DNA of 40,473 bases from the sequence record SRR20825019_493. One strand, 5' to 3'. Positions 18,254-27,093 of this stretch are shown one piece after another; position 1 is the stretch's first letter, and every line of letters begins with the position of its first letter. Made by a program: the position numbers and the translations under genes. The notes under the pieces were generated by a model, which did not search any database, was not told the DNA's origin, and was given only the letters and a program-made list of their open reading frames with translations.

Positions 18254-19305
18254 GCCGGTGATTGGAGCCGCGATTCGGCCTGCCGCCACAAAGTCTGCGC
18301 GCGTTCGGCGATGAGTTGGCGGCACTTGACGACCTCGGCTTCACGGGCGGAACGATTCTCCTCAGCAATCTTCGCGAGATCATCGAGGTTGTAGAGATAG
18401 GTGTTGGCGAGTTCGCCGACTTCGCTTTCGACGTCGCGCGGCATGGCCAGATCGATAAAGAAGAGAGGTCGGGCCGTGCGCGATTTCATGGCCGCGGTCA
18501 CGGCTGATGTCGTAATCACCGATCCGGGAGCCGCCGTGCTGCAAACCACGATATCGAAGTCGGACAGATGGCGTTCGCAAAGCTCATAGGGCAGCGCGGT
18601 CGCATCGAGCGAGCTGGCGAGTTCCATGGCGCGTTCCAAACGCCGACTGGCCACGGTGAGGCTCCCGGCTCCGCGACTTTGAAACGCGCGCGCCGTCTTT
18701 TCCCCAATCTCTCCTGCGCCGATGAGGAGGATGCGCGTGTCCTTGAGTTGTCCGAAAATGGTCTGCGCGAGATCAACCGCCACATTGGCGATGCTCACTT
18801 GTCCACTATTGATGGCGGTGTGCGTGCGCACGTGCTTGGCGGCGTTGAATGTTTTTTGAAAAACCCGGTTCAAAACCGGCCCGGCGCTGCGCCGTAGCTG
18901 CGCCTGCGCGTAGGCCTCTTTGATTTGCCCAAAGATTTCGGTTTCCCCGAGGAGTTGCGAATCAAGCCCGGAGGCGACTTCCAGGAGATGGCGGATCGCT
19001 TCAAGGTCGTGCACTTTTAGTGCGTAGTTTTCGAAATCCGCTTCGGAGAAGTTTCGATGCTCGCAAAAGATGCGTTGCACCTGAGTGATCGTTAACGGGT
19101 CGCTGGCGACGCCATGAAATTCGATCCGGTTACAGGTGTTGAGAATCGAAAATTCCCGGAGTGAATCGATTGCGGAAAGTTTGGTGTGCAGCACCCCGAG
19201 GTCCTCTTCAGTGAGCGAGAGTTTTTCACGGATTTCCAAAGGAGCCCGGTGATGAGTCGCGCCGAGCACAAAGAGGCTCGCGCTCTGTGTTTGCTCGCTG
19301 CTCAT
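18250..19305 (-). CDS. hemA: Glutamyl-tRNA reductase (short form)
   Basis: APLEIREKL, catalytic TCNRIE, ASGLDSQLLGETEIFGQIK, IGAGEIG, IDLAMPRDV. Confidence 0.95.
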   Translation of the reverse strand: MSSEQTQSASLFVLGATHHRAPLEIREKLSLTEEDLGVLHTKLSAIDSLREFSILNTCNRIEFHGVASDPLTITQVQRIFCEHRNFSEADFENYALKVHDLEAIRHLLEVASGLDSQLLGETEIFGQIKEAYAQAQLRRSAGPVLNRVFQKTFNAAKHVRTHTAINSGQVSIANVAVDLAQTIFGQLKDTRILLIGAGEIGEKTARAFQSRGAGSLTVASRRLERAMELASSLDATALPYELCERHLSDFDIVVCSTAAPGSVITTSAVTAAMKSRTARPLFFIDLAMPRDVESEVGELANTYLYNLDDLAKIAEENRSAREAEVVKCRQLIAERAQTLWRQAESRLQSPA

Positions 19306-20141
19306 GACCGGGTTGTGAGAGCCGATTCAGGCTGGCGACTCGAGTTAATCGGCCCGAGTGAGGCCAGGGCGATCGCGAATAGAATGATACACGTCCACGC
19401 GAATTGGCGGGAAATGAGTTTTCCACGAAGGCGCAGTCCCAGCGCGATGGAGTAGGCGGCCCAGATCGCGACCGTAATAAAGAGTTTTGCGTGATTAACA
19501 CTCGCGTGATCGCGCAGCCAGTAAACCGAACCCACCAAGAGTGACGCGGTGATCAGGATAACCCCCGTTGAGAGGAGTCGCACGCTAATCAGGTCCAGAT
19601 CGCGCACCGAGGGGAGAAAGGAGAACCAGCCTCCGAGCCGCTTGTGTTTGAGAGAGTAGTTGCGGAGGAGCAGCATGACGGTGGTGAGTGCGAGCATCGC
19701 AAAGACGCCGTAGCTGAAAAGTGCGAGGGCTGCGTGAAACTCGATCCAGGCATTGCCTCCGAAGATATCCGAGCGTCTGGTGGCATCCCAAGCCGGGATG
19801 AGCAACGCGGTGATCGTCAGACCCGCGCTGAGGCACGCGGTGAAGTAGCCCAGGATGCTGGAGCGAAACGTTACGCCGATCACCAAATAGAGCGTGATCG
19901 CCGACCAGGCGGTGAATTGGAACAGCTCAAAGGTATTGCCCAGCGGACATCCGCCAACCGACATGCCGCGCAGATACAAGCCGGTGAGTTGGATCAGATA
20001 ACCACCCACCATGATGCCATACATCAACACATTCGACGGCTTGCCTCCGCGGAGCAGTGACCAGGTGCCCAGCAGGAACCCGACGAGATAGAACTCGGCG
20101 GCGATCCAGAGCCAGTCGCGGTCGGTGAGTTGAGTGAGCAT
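19302..20141 (-). CDS. Cytochrome c assembly protein CcsA / HemX-like membrane protein
   Basis: Polytopic membrane protein with CPLGNTFE, WIEFHAALALFSY, LPSVRDLD; overlaps the hemA start (ATGA). Start placed at ATG 20141. Confidence 0.78.
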   Translation of the reverse strand: MLTQLTDRDWLWIAAEFYLVGFLLGTWSLLRGGKPSNVLMYGIMVGGYLIQLTGLYLRGMSVGGCPLGNTFELFQFTAWSAITLYLVIGVTFRSSILGYFTACLSAGLTITALLIPAWDATRRSDIFGGNAWIEFHAALALFSYGVFAMLALTTVMLLLRNYSLKHKRLGGWFSFLPSVRDLDLISVRLLSTGVILITASLLVGSVYWLRDHASVNHAKLFITVAIWAAYSIALGLRLRGKLISRQFAWTCIILFAIALASLGPINSSRQPESALTTRS

Positions 20142-20312
20142 AGTTCGAAAAGGTGACAAGTCGGCTTTGCGTGGCAAGTCTGAGGAGGAATCTGTTCCGT
20201 GGCTTGTCATCGTGGAAAACCGTTCCAGCATGCCCGCATGCCGTCTATCCGCCGGACCTCCGATTCTGCCGCGACCGCTGCTCAGGTGCAGCGATCAGGT
20301 CCTTTTGGTCGG

Positions 20313-21188
20313 ATGCCTCGAGCTAAGGCTTATCGTTTGCGACCGGCGCAGATTCAGCCGCTGGTGCGAATTGCCCACCGGCAGAAAGCGGGCTTCAGTA
20401 TTCCTGAGCGTATTATCTTCGATCACGAACTCGTGTTGATTGTCAAAGGCCGGGGGGAATGGAAAATCGATGGGCGGGTGCATAACTATCGTCCGTATGA
20501 CCTGCTGTTTATCCCTCCTTTTATTCCGCATAGTTTCGAGTTGGGCTCGGGTGATTCCGAGCATGTGGCGGTGCATTTCGATTTTAATGAAACGGTGCCG
20601 CATGCCCGGGATGTGGTGGCCGATCGTGAGCCTTACCGGATCAACTTCACCCAAGGGCTGACCTTGCCCCGTCAACAATCACTCGTGGCCGGTCATCGTT
20701 GGGCGCGGGAATTGGAGCTGGTGATTCGCGAACATGGCCTGCGCCGCGAGCTGGATTCGGCCCGAGCCTCGGCTCGTTTGGCTGGTGTGCTGCTGGAAAT
20801 GCTCGCGGAGAGAACGCGCCGACGAGCTTCCACGGAGCCGACCCGACTGCGCGATCAGGATCGGGTGAATCAGATCGTGGCGCACATGCGGGCCAATCTG
20901 GCTGCCCCTCTTAACCACGGTGTGCTCGAGAAGGTGTCTTCTCTCAGCAAGAGTCGCCTGCAGATTCTCTTTCGTGAGATCACCGGCTACACGCCGCTGG
21001 ATTATTTACGACGTCTGCGGGTTGAGGAGGCGCGGAGGTATCTTGCCGATCCACGGCTGTCTGTGAAAGAGATTGCCGCCTTGACGGGATTCCGGGACAC
21101 AAGCCACCTGAGCAAGGTGTTTCGCCGGATCGATGGCCTGTCACCGGCACACTACCGTGAAGCCCTTTTGGCCGGCCAACGGGAATAA
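20313..21188 (+). CDS. AraC family transcriptional regulator with cupin sensor domain
   Basis: Cupin (LLFIPPFIPHSF) plus double HTH (FREITGYTPLDYL...SVKEIAALTGFRDTSHLSKVFRR). Start uncertain. Confidence 0.92.
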   Translation: MPRAKAYRLRPAQIQPLVRIAHRQKAGFSIPERIIFDHELVLIVKGRGEWKIDGRVHNYRPYDLLFIPPFIPHSFELGSGDSEHVAVHFDFNETVPHARDVVADREPYRINFTQGLTLPRQQSLVAGHRWARELELVIREHGLRRELDSARASARLAGVLLEMLAERTRRRASTEPTRLRDQDRVNQIVAHMRANLAAPLNHGVLEKVSSLSKSRLQILFREITGYTPLDYLRRLRVEEARRYLADPRLSVKEIAALTGFRDTSHLSKVFRRIDGLSPAHYREALLAGQRE

Positions 21189-21262
21189 TCGCCAACACTT
21201 GCTGCTTTGCGCCATCACTCGAATGATGACAGCTACAGGCGTCCGGCTCATGATCGTAGGCT

Positions 21263-22054
21263 ATGTTAACCCAAACCCAAGTATCTGAATTTCATTCTCA
21301 AGGCTATCTTCGTGCTGGCACGGTGCTTTCCGACGAACAGGTCGAAGAGCTACGCGCCGAAGTCGAACGCGTGATTGAGCAGCGCGATCGCGCGGATGTG
21401 AAACAACCGGTGATGTGTCACAATTTCACGAAGAACGAGAGCGCCCCGGTCTGGCAGATCGTGAATATCTGGGAAGCGAGCGAGGCCTATGCGAAGCTCA
21501 TTTACAATCCGACGATCTGCGAAGAAATGGCGCAATTGACCGGAGCCGATGCGCTCCGGATTTGGCATGATCAGATCCAATACAAGCCAGCGGCTCGTGG
21601 CGGGGTGAATATGTGGCATCAGGATGCCCCGCTCTGGCCGATCATTCGCCCGATGACGGAAGTGTCTGCCTGGGTCGCGCTTGACGATGTCGATGTGGAC
21701 AACGGCTGCATGAGCATGGTCCCTGGTTCGCACCTGTGGGGCGACCATATGGATATGATGCGCGATTGGACCGACTTCGAAAAAGACATGCCGACTGAAT
21801 TTCAGGGACATCCGGTCACTGTCAAAAAATGCCCCGTGAAGAAGGGAGAGGTGCACTATCACCACGCGCTGACCTGGCACGGTTCGCATGCCAATACCAG
21901 CGGCCGTAATCGCCGGGCGATCGCGTTGCACTTCATGACTGAAGAAACGCGCTACGTCGCTTCAGGCGATCACCCCATGAAACCCTTCGTCACCGTGGCC
22001 GACGGCGAACTCCTCCAAGGCGAACACTTCCCGCTGGTCTGGAAACGGGAGTGA
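21263..22054 (+). CDS. PhyH family Fe(II)/2-oxoglutarate dioxygenase
   Basis: WHQD (HxD), WVALDDVDVDNGCM, VPGSH, TWHGS, RRAIA. Confidence 0.92.
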   Translation: MLTQTQVSEFHSQGYLRAGTVLSDEQVEELRAEVERVIEQRDRADVKQPVMCHNFTKNESAPVWQIVNIWEASEAYAKLIYNPTICEEMAQLTGADALRIWHDQIQYKPAARGGVNMWHQDAPLWPIIRPMTEVSAWVALDDVDVDNGCMSMVPGSHLWGDHMDMMRDWTDFEKDMPTEFQGHPVTVKKCPVKKGEVHYHHALTWHGSHANTSGRNRRAIALHFMTEETRYVASGDHPMKPFVTVADGELLQGEHFPLVWKRE

Positions 22055-22082
22055 ATCGAATCGGCCCGGCTAATTGGTTTCA

Positions 22083-22172
22083 GACCAAACTTTCGCGAGC
22101 TCAAGTTCGGCTACATTGTCGGCTTAGCTAAATACCCGGCGTAGCTGAATTTGAGCGCTGCGAAAATTTGGC
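22083..22172. repeat. Inverted doublet of GTAGCCGAA-family REPs between convergent genes
   Basis: gaccaaactttcgcgagctcaagttcggctac (22083-22114) and gtagctgaatttgagcgctgcgaaaatttggc (22141-22172). Confidence 0.85.
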
Positions 22173-22185
22173 ACTCGGAGAGACG

Positions 22186-23145
22186 TTAACCTGCGGCCAA
22201 AGCCTTGGTCTGCGCATCCTTGAAAATGTTGGCGATCTGATACCAGACCTTTTGCGAGAGAACATCGTCGGCGGCTTTGACTGTGCCGATGATGTGATCC
22301 GGTTTTTTAACGCCGGCAATCGCGCTGGTGATGGCCGGATTCGTCAGGGTCCAACGCATCGCGAGTTGGGCCATCGTGAGATCGTGCTCGGCCGCAATGA
22401 CTTTGGCCTTATCCACGGCTTCGACCATGATCCGGAGTGGTTCGCCAGAGAACAGGGGATTGCTTGTGCGGTTGCCGTCGATCTTCGAATCGGCGGTGTA
22501 TTTGCCCCCGAGAAGACCGCGATAGAGCGGCGAGAAATTGATCACGCCGATGTTGTTTTTCAGACAGTAAGGCAGTTCGCGTGCCTCGATTTTGCGATCC
22601 AACAGACTGTAAGGCGGCTGCAGGCAGCTGACCTCGAAATGTTCACGATAGAGATCCATCTGTTCGGGATTGAGATTACTCACCCCGAACCAGCGCACCT
22701 TTCCTTCCTTTTTCAGGCGATGAAACGCCTTGGCGACTTCGTCGGGGCGCGTGATCGCATCCCAGGCGTGGATTTGATAGAGATCAATATGATCGGTTTG
22801 GAGACGGCGCAGCGAATCTTCACAGGCCTGAATAATATAGTCGTGGGTGGTATCGGGGTGCCGACCGGAAGGTTCGGTGAATTTCCAGAAAAATTTGGTC
22901 GCGAGGATAAATTTTTCGCGCAGGCCATCACGTTTCATGAGGATGCCGAGCTGTTCCTCAGCGTAGCCATCGCCATAGGCATCGGCCGTATCGAGGAAAT
23001 TGACTCCGTGCTCGATCGCCGCGTGAACGGATTGTTGCCAGGGATCCAGATCGATATCGCCCCAGAAGGAAGGGCTCAGCTGCCAGCAGCCAAAACAGAT
23101 TCGGGAAACATTGAGGTCGGTGTTACCAAGTTGGGTATATTGCAT
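22186..23145 (-). CDS. Aldo/keto reductase
   Basis: LGNTDLNVSRICFG, DTADAYGDG, ILATK, SLRRLQTDHIDLYQIH, GVSN, QPPYSLL. Confidence 0.93.
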   Translation of the reverse strand: MQYTQLGNTDLNVSRICFGCWQLSPSFWGDIDLDPWQQSVHAAIEHGVNFLDTADAYGDGYAEEQLGILMKRDGLREKFILATKFFWKFTEPSGRHPDTTHDYIIQACEDSLRRLQTDHIDLYQIHAWDAITRPDEVAKAFHRLKKEGKVRWFGVSNLNPEQMDLYREHFEVSCLQPPYSLLDRKIEARELPYCLKNNIGVINFSPLYRGLLGGKYTADSKIDGNRTSNPLFSGEPLRIMVEAVDKAKVIAAEHDLTMAQLAMRWTLTNPAITSAIAGVKKPDHIIGTVKAADDVLSQKVWYQIANIFKDAQTKALAAG

Positions 23146-23254
23146 GACTGGTGGTAAGTTTACCCCCGGCGTCAAATTGAGGGCGAGCTACAATTGAGAG
23201 AATGCCGGTGGCTGAGATGCCTTTGGACAGAATCTGATTTTCGAGCATGGTGAA

Positions 23255-24229
23255 ATGATGCGAATGTTAATTGTCGGTGGTTCTGTCTTCCTGGGCCGTG
23301 CCTTGACGACAGCCGCGCTGTCTGATGGCCACCAAGTCACCTTGCTTAATCGTGGTAAAAGTGCGGCCTCCGTGCCGGAGGGGGTCGAACATTTGCAGAC
23401 CGATCGTGATCAGGATTTGCATGGGTTGGCGGGGCAATCCTGGGATGCGGTGATCGATACTTGCGCGTATTTCCCTCATCAAGTGCGCCGGATGTTGGGA
23501 GCGCTGTCGGGCGGTGAGCACTATACATTGATCTCATCGGTTTCGGCCTACGGTAACCTCGCAGCATCGGATCTGGATGAGAACGCATCGCTATCGAAAC
23601 CGATGAGTGATGGAGTGACGGAAATTACGAAGGAGACCTATGGTCCGCTGAAATCCGGGTGTGAGCAGATCGTCAACGAGTCCGGCGTGGAGGCGCTGAT
23701 TATCAGACCGGGCGTGATTGCTGGTCCCTTTGATCCGACCGGTCGTTTTGGCTATTGGGTGCGGCGTCTGGCAAGGGAGGGACGCTTCGTCGCTCCGGGG
23801 GATGGGGAGGCTCCGTTTCAAATTATCGATGTGCGTGATTTGTCGGCTTGGATTGTAAAGTTGGTCGAAGCACGAACTACGGGTGCCTTTAATGCGGTCG
23901 GACCAGAGAATCCGATTACGTTCCGGGATTTTATCGAGACAGGTGTGCAAGCCTTGGGGGATCGTGCCCAACCGTGCTGGATTCCGGATGAGACATTGGC
24001 GGCACAACAGATCGAAGGTTGGGGGAAGCTGCCCTTGTGGTTGCCTAAAGCTCATGCCGAAGCGGCGGGCCTCTTTGAGATCAACGGACGAAAGGCGTGG
24101 GAAGCTGGTTTGGTAAACCGTCCGCTCGCTGCGACGATTCGTGATGTGAGCGACTACGAAACGACTTTGGAATCACCGGTGACGATTGGCTTATCCCGTG
24201 AGGAAGAAGCTAAGGCGCTCGGTGATTAG
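23255..24229 (+). CDS. NAD-dependent epimerase/dehydratase (isoflavone-reductase-like atypical SDR)
   Basis: GGSVFLG, LLNRG, ISSVSAY, YGPLK, RPGVIAGP, IDVRDL. Confidence 0.88.
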   Translation: MMRMLIVGGSVFLGRALTTAALSDGHQVTLLNRGKSAASVPEGVEHLQTDRDQDLHGLAGQSWDAVIDTCAYFPHQVRRMLGALSGGEHYTLISSVSAYGNLAASDLDENASLSKPMSDGVTEITKETYGPLKSGCEQIVNESGVEALIIRPGVIAGPFDPTGRFGYWVRRLAREGRFVAPGDGEAPFQIIDVRDLSAWIVKLVEARTTGAFNAVGPENPITFRDFIETGVQALGDRAQPCWIPDETLAAQQIEGWGKLPLWLPKAHAEAAGLFEINGRKAWEAGLVNRPLAATIRDVSDYETTLESPVTIGLSREEEAKALGD

Positions 24230-24254
24230 TGCCGTCTCGAGAAACGGCCATCGC

Positions 24255-25019
24255 TTATTCCTTCGTCGCGACCCAGAAGCGACATTCGTCGGAGAAATCG
24301 CGGACCTTACGGGATTCTCGGGCAATGTCGCGTCGCATGGAATCGAAGGTGTGGGTCCAACCGGTGGCTTTGAGATCTTCGAGGATCTCACCGCGTTCCG
24401 GTAGATGCATGAAAGTGCGGCCGATCTCCTTATCCTCAAAGTAGCGATCACCGAATTCACGGAGGATGGGATCCTGTTTGCCCTTGGCCCAGCGCATGGC
24501 TTCCAGCCGCCAGAGGGCGCGCTCGGCGGGGGAGTCGTCCCGATCGTGCGTGGTAAACATGATCGGTGCACCAGGGCGGCAGAAATGATGCAGGGCCCGC
24601 AGGGCACGACGGCGATTGCGTCGCAGAGGGATTTGCATGAGCCCGTTGAAGAGAAACATCACTCCGTCAAATTGCGCGTCTTCGAGGATATCGCATTTCT
24701 CCAATCGCGTGGCATCGGCATGAAAGAAGCCAATATCGGCTTCCTTTTCAATTGCGAGGCTGTGTGCTTGGGCGAGAAGTTCTTCGGCGAAATCAAACGC
24801 GTGGAGATCTCGGTAGCCCGCTTCCCAGAGCGCAACCGCGACGCGTCCGGCACCGCAGCCTGCTTCGAGCAGTTGCGCGGATTTATCGGGAAAGAAGCGC
24901 TCAATCAGAACGCGTTCCGATTCCCAAAGTCCGATCCGGTGGGCGGCTTTGGTGTAATGCACCACCGCGCGGAGGTCGTTGAAATCTTCGCGAACGATCT
25001 TCTTCGATACCTGACTCAT
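24255..25019 (-). CDS. Class I SAM-dependent methyltransferase
   Basis: Motif I LEAGCGAGR; AFDF; ADA; RPGA. Confidence 0.85.
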   Translation of the reverse strand: MSQVSKKIVREDFNDLRAVVHYTKAAHRIGLWESERVLIERFFPDKSAQLLEAGCGAGRVAVALWEAGYRDLHAFDFAEELLAQAHSLAIEKEADIGFFHADATRLEKCDILEDAQFDGVMFLFNGLMQIPLRRNRRRALRALHHFCRPGAPIMFTTHDRDDSPAERALWRLEAMRWAKGKQDPILREFGDRYFEDKEIGRTFMHLPERGEILEDLKATGWTHTFDSMRRDIARESRKVRDFSDECRFWVATKE

Positions 25020-25025
25020 TGCGCC

Positions 25026-26165
25026 TTACTTGTTCGAGGGCTTGGTCCACTCGGCGATATACATGCCGTTGGCGTTGACGGCTTCGGGACGGATGAAAAC
25101 GCCATGCGTATTTTCTTCCGTGGCGGCCTCGAATGTCAGAGGGCTTTTGGTGGGTGTAAGTTCGGGATGTGCTTCGCTAAAGGCTTTGGCGATTTCGGTG
25201 GTTTCGCTGCGAGTGAGAGTGCAGACCGCGTAGATCAAACGACCGCCCGGTTTGAGGGATCCGGCGACATGGTTGAGCAGTTGGAGCTGCGTTTGGGCCA
25301 ACTCTCGCACATCATCCATCGTGGTGGTCCAGCGCGCATGCGGATTGCGCTGCCAGGTGCCGACACCGCTGCAGGGCGCATCGACGAGAATGCCGTCGAA
25401 TTTGGTTTTGGTGGGGAGCTGATTGGAACCATCCCAGAGAGCCCGGCGGTGATTGTAGAGTTTGGCACGAGTGGAGCGCTTCTTGAATCCTTGCAGGCGT
25501 TTTTCGGAACGGTCCGTCACCCAGATCATGCCCTTATTGTTCATCATATCGGCGAGATGAAGCGTCTTACCGCCTTCGCCAGCACAGGCATCCCACCAAG
25601 TCTGTCCGGCGGTAGGGAGCGCGGCGAGACCGACGATCTGCGAGGCCAGATCCTGAATTTCAAATTCGCCTTCATGGAATTGAGCGGTGCGGAATAGGTC
25701 TTTTTCTCCTTTGTAGCAAACCGCATCGGGGGCGAATTCCGAAAGTTCGCATTTGCCGAGGGTTTCGGCGAGTTTACCGGCCTTGCCGGGACGGGCCCGG
25801 AGCCAGAGCGCGGGCAGACGTTGGATTTGGCGGAGGTATTCGGGAGTGACCTCCATTTCGCTGGCCAGCCAATCCGGCACCGCCCGCACGGCGAGAGCCT
25901 CGGCTTTCACGGCCTTGGGATTGTGTTTGAAACGGGCCTCCAAATCGAGGGCATGCTCCGCTTGGGTTTGCTTCGACTCCTTGGGGCTCACCCAGTTCTT
26001 CCAACGGAAATAGGTGAAGACGCCCTGAGCAATGGCGCGACGCAATTGGGGCGCGAGATACTTGTGCTCGTAAAAGTAGCGGCGGATCGCGGCGTCGGCG
26101 GGCATGTGCGGCGCGACGATGGCAAGAATGCGGGCGATGTGATTGAGAGTGGTGTTATCCGGCAT
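25026..26165 (-). CDS. RsmB/NOP family RNA (m5C) methyltransferase
   Basis: EIQDLASQ, DACAGEGGKTL, LVDAPCSG, LIYAVCT (both catalytic Cys). Confidence 0.92.
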   Translation of the reverse strand: MPDNTTLNHIARILAIVAPHMPADAAIRRYFYEHKYLAPQLRRAIAQGVFTYFRWKNWVSPKESKQTQAEHALDLEARFKHNPKAVKAEALAVRAVPDWLASEMEVTPEYLRQIQRLPALWLRARPGKAGKLAETLGKCELSEFAPDAVCYKGEKDLFRTAQFHEGEFEIQDLASQIVGLAALPTAGQTWWDACAGEGGKTLHLADMMNNKGMIWVTDRSEKRLQGFKKRSTRAKLYNHRRALWDGSNQLPTKTKFDGILVDAPCSGVGTWQRNPHARWTTTMDDVRELAQTQLQLLNHVAGSLKPGGRLIYAVCTLTRSETTEIAKAFSEAHPELTPTKSPLTFEAATEENTHGVFIRPEAVNANGMYIAEWTKPSNK

Positions 26166-26328
26166 GTGTTGGCATCACCAAGAACTGGAAGCGCGCGAAG
26201 CACAAACACTGAAAATGACCATCGTAATTCGGACTTACCCAAATGTTCGTATTACGAACATTGGTTTTTCTGGATGGAGCCAGTCCTTGAGTGGTGCGGT
26301 GTGGACTCGCGGGAGCTCGACACTCCAG

Positions 26329-27090
26329 TTAGATCAGTGGGCCGAGATAGAGGCGGGTGATGTATTCGAAAGTGACTTCGCCGTTTTGGGCGTGTGCTTC
26401 GAAGATCTGTTTCAATTTGTCGAAAAATCGAGGGTGGCCCGGATGATCCTGATTCGGGACGTAGGACGAGGACAGGGCGCGGCCGGCGAGACCGGCGTAA
26501 TCGAAACGTTGTTCGTTGGGGAAGGTCGTTTCGACGAATACACCAGGGCTGTAAAACTGTTCGATGGCGGCGCTATCGATCCGGCTGTGGTCGACCTGAT
26601 CATAGTCGATACTGTCTGTTTTCAGGAGATTCTCATAGGCTGCGAGAAATGCCGTCGTATCCGTGAGGCGTTCGTTCCAGATCAAGGCGACTTGGCCTTC
26701 CGGCTTCAGGATACGGACAAATTCCGTGCGTGTTTTCGGGATATCAAACCAGTGGAAGGCCTGCGCTGCGGTGATAAGGTCCACGCTCGCGTCGGGCAGA
26801 GTAGTCGTTTCGGCGGTGCCTTCGGTGCTCCGAAAACGAGTTTGTTTGCCAAGCTGTAGCTCGGCGACGACACGCATCTCGGCATTGGGTTCGACGGCGA
26901 AAACTTGTCCGGCACGGGGCAGCACGAGATTCGTGAGAATTCCGGTGCCTGAACCGATATCGGCGACGATGCTTTCGCGGTTGAGCTCAGTCTGTTTCAC
27001 CAGACTGTCGATCAGTGCTTTCGGATAACCGGGACGGTAGCGCACGTAGTTTTCGACCCGATCGGAAAAGCGCTGGGTGGAATCGGTCAT
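26329..27090 (-). CDS. Class I SAM-dependent methyltransferase
   Basis: YVRYRPGYP, DIGSGTG, AVEPN, AQAFHWF, LKPEG. Confidence 0.9.
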   Translation of the reverse strand: MTDSTQRFSDRVENYVRYRPGYPKALIDSLVKQTELNRESIVADIGSGTGILTNLVLPRAGQVFAVEPNAEMRVVAELQLGKQTRFRSTEGTAETTTLPDASVDLITAAQAFHWFDIPKTRTEFVRILKPEGQVALIWNERLTDTTAFLAAYENLLKTDSIDYDQVDHSRIDSAAIEQFYSPGVFVETTFPNEQRFDYAGLAGRALSSSYVPNQDHPGHPRFFDKLKQIFEAHAQNGEVTFEYITRLYLGPLI

Positions 27091-27093
27091 GGT

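Noticed and set aside
24405-25697. Long antisense ORFs (430 aa here; also 22168-23157, 38176-39744, 11068-11913)
   Set aside because: They are shadows of well-supported genes on the other strand, which is common in GC-rich DNA.
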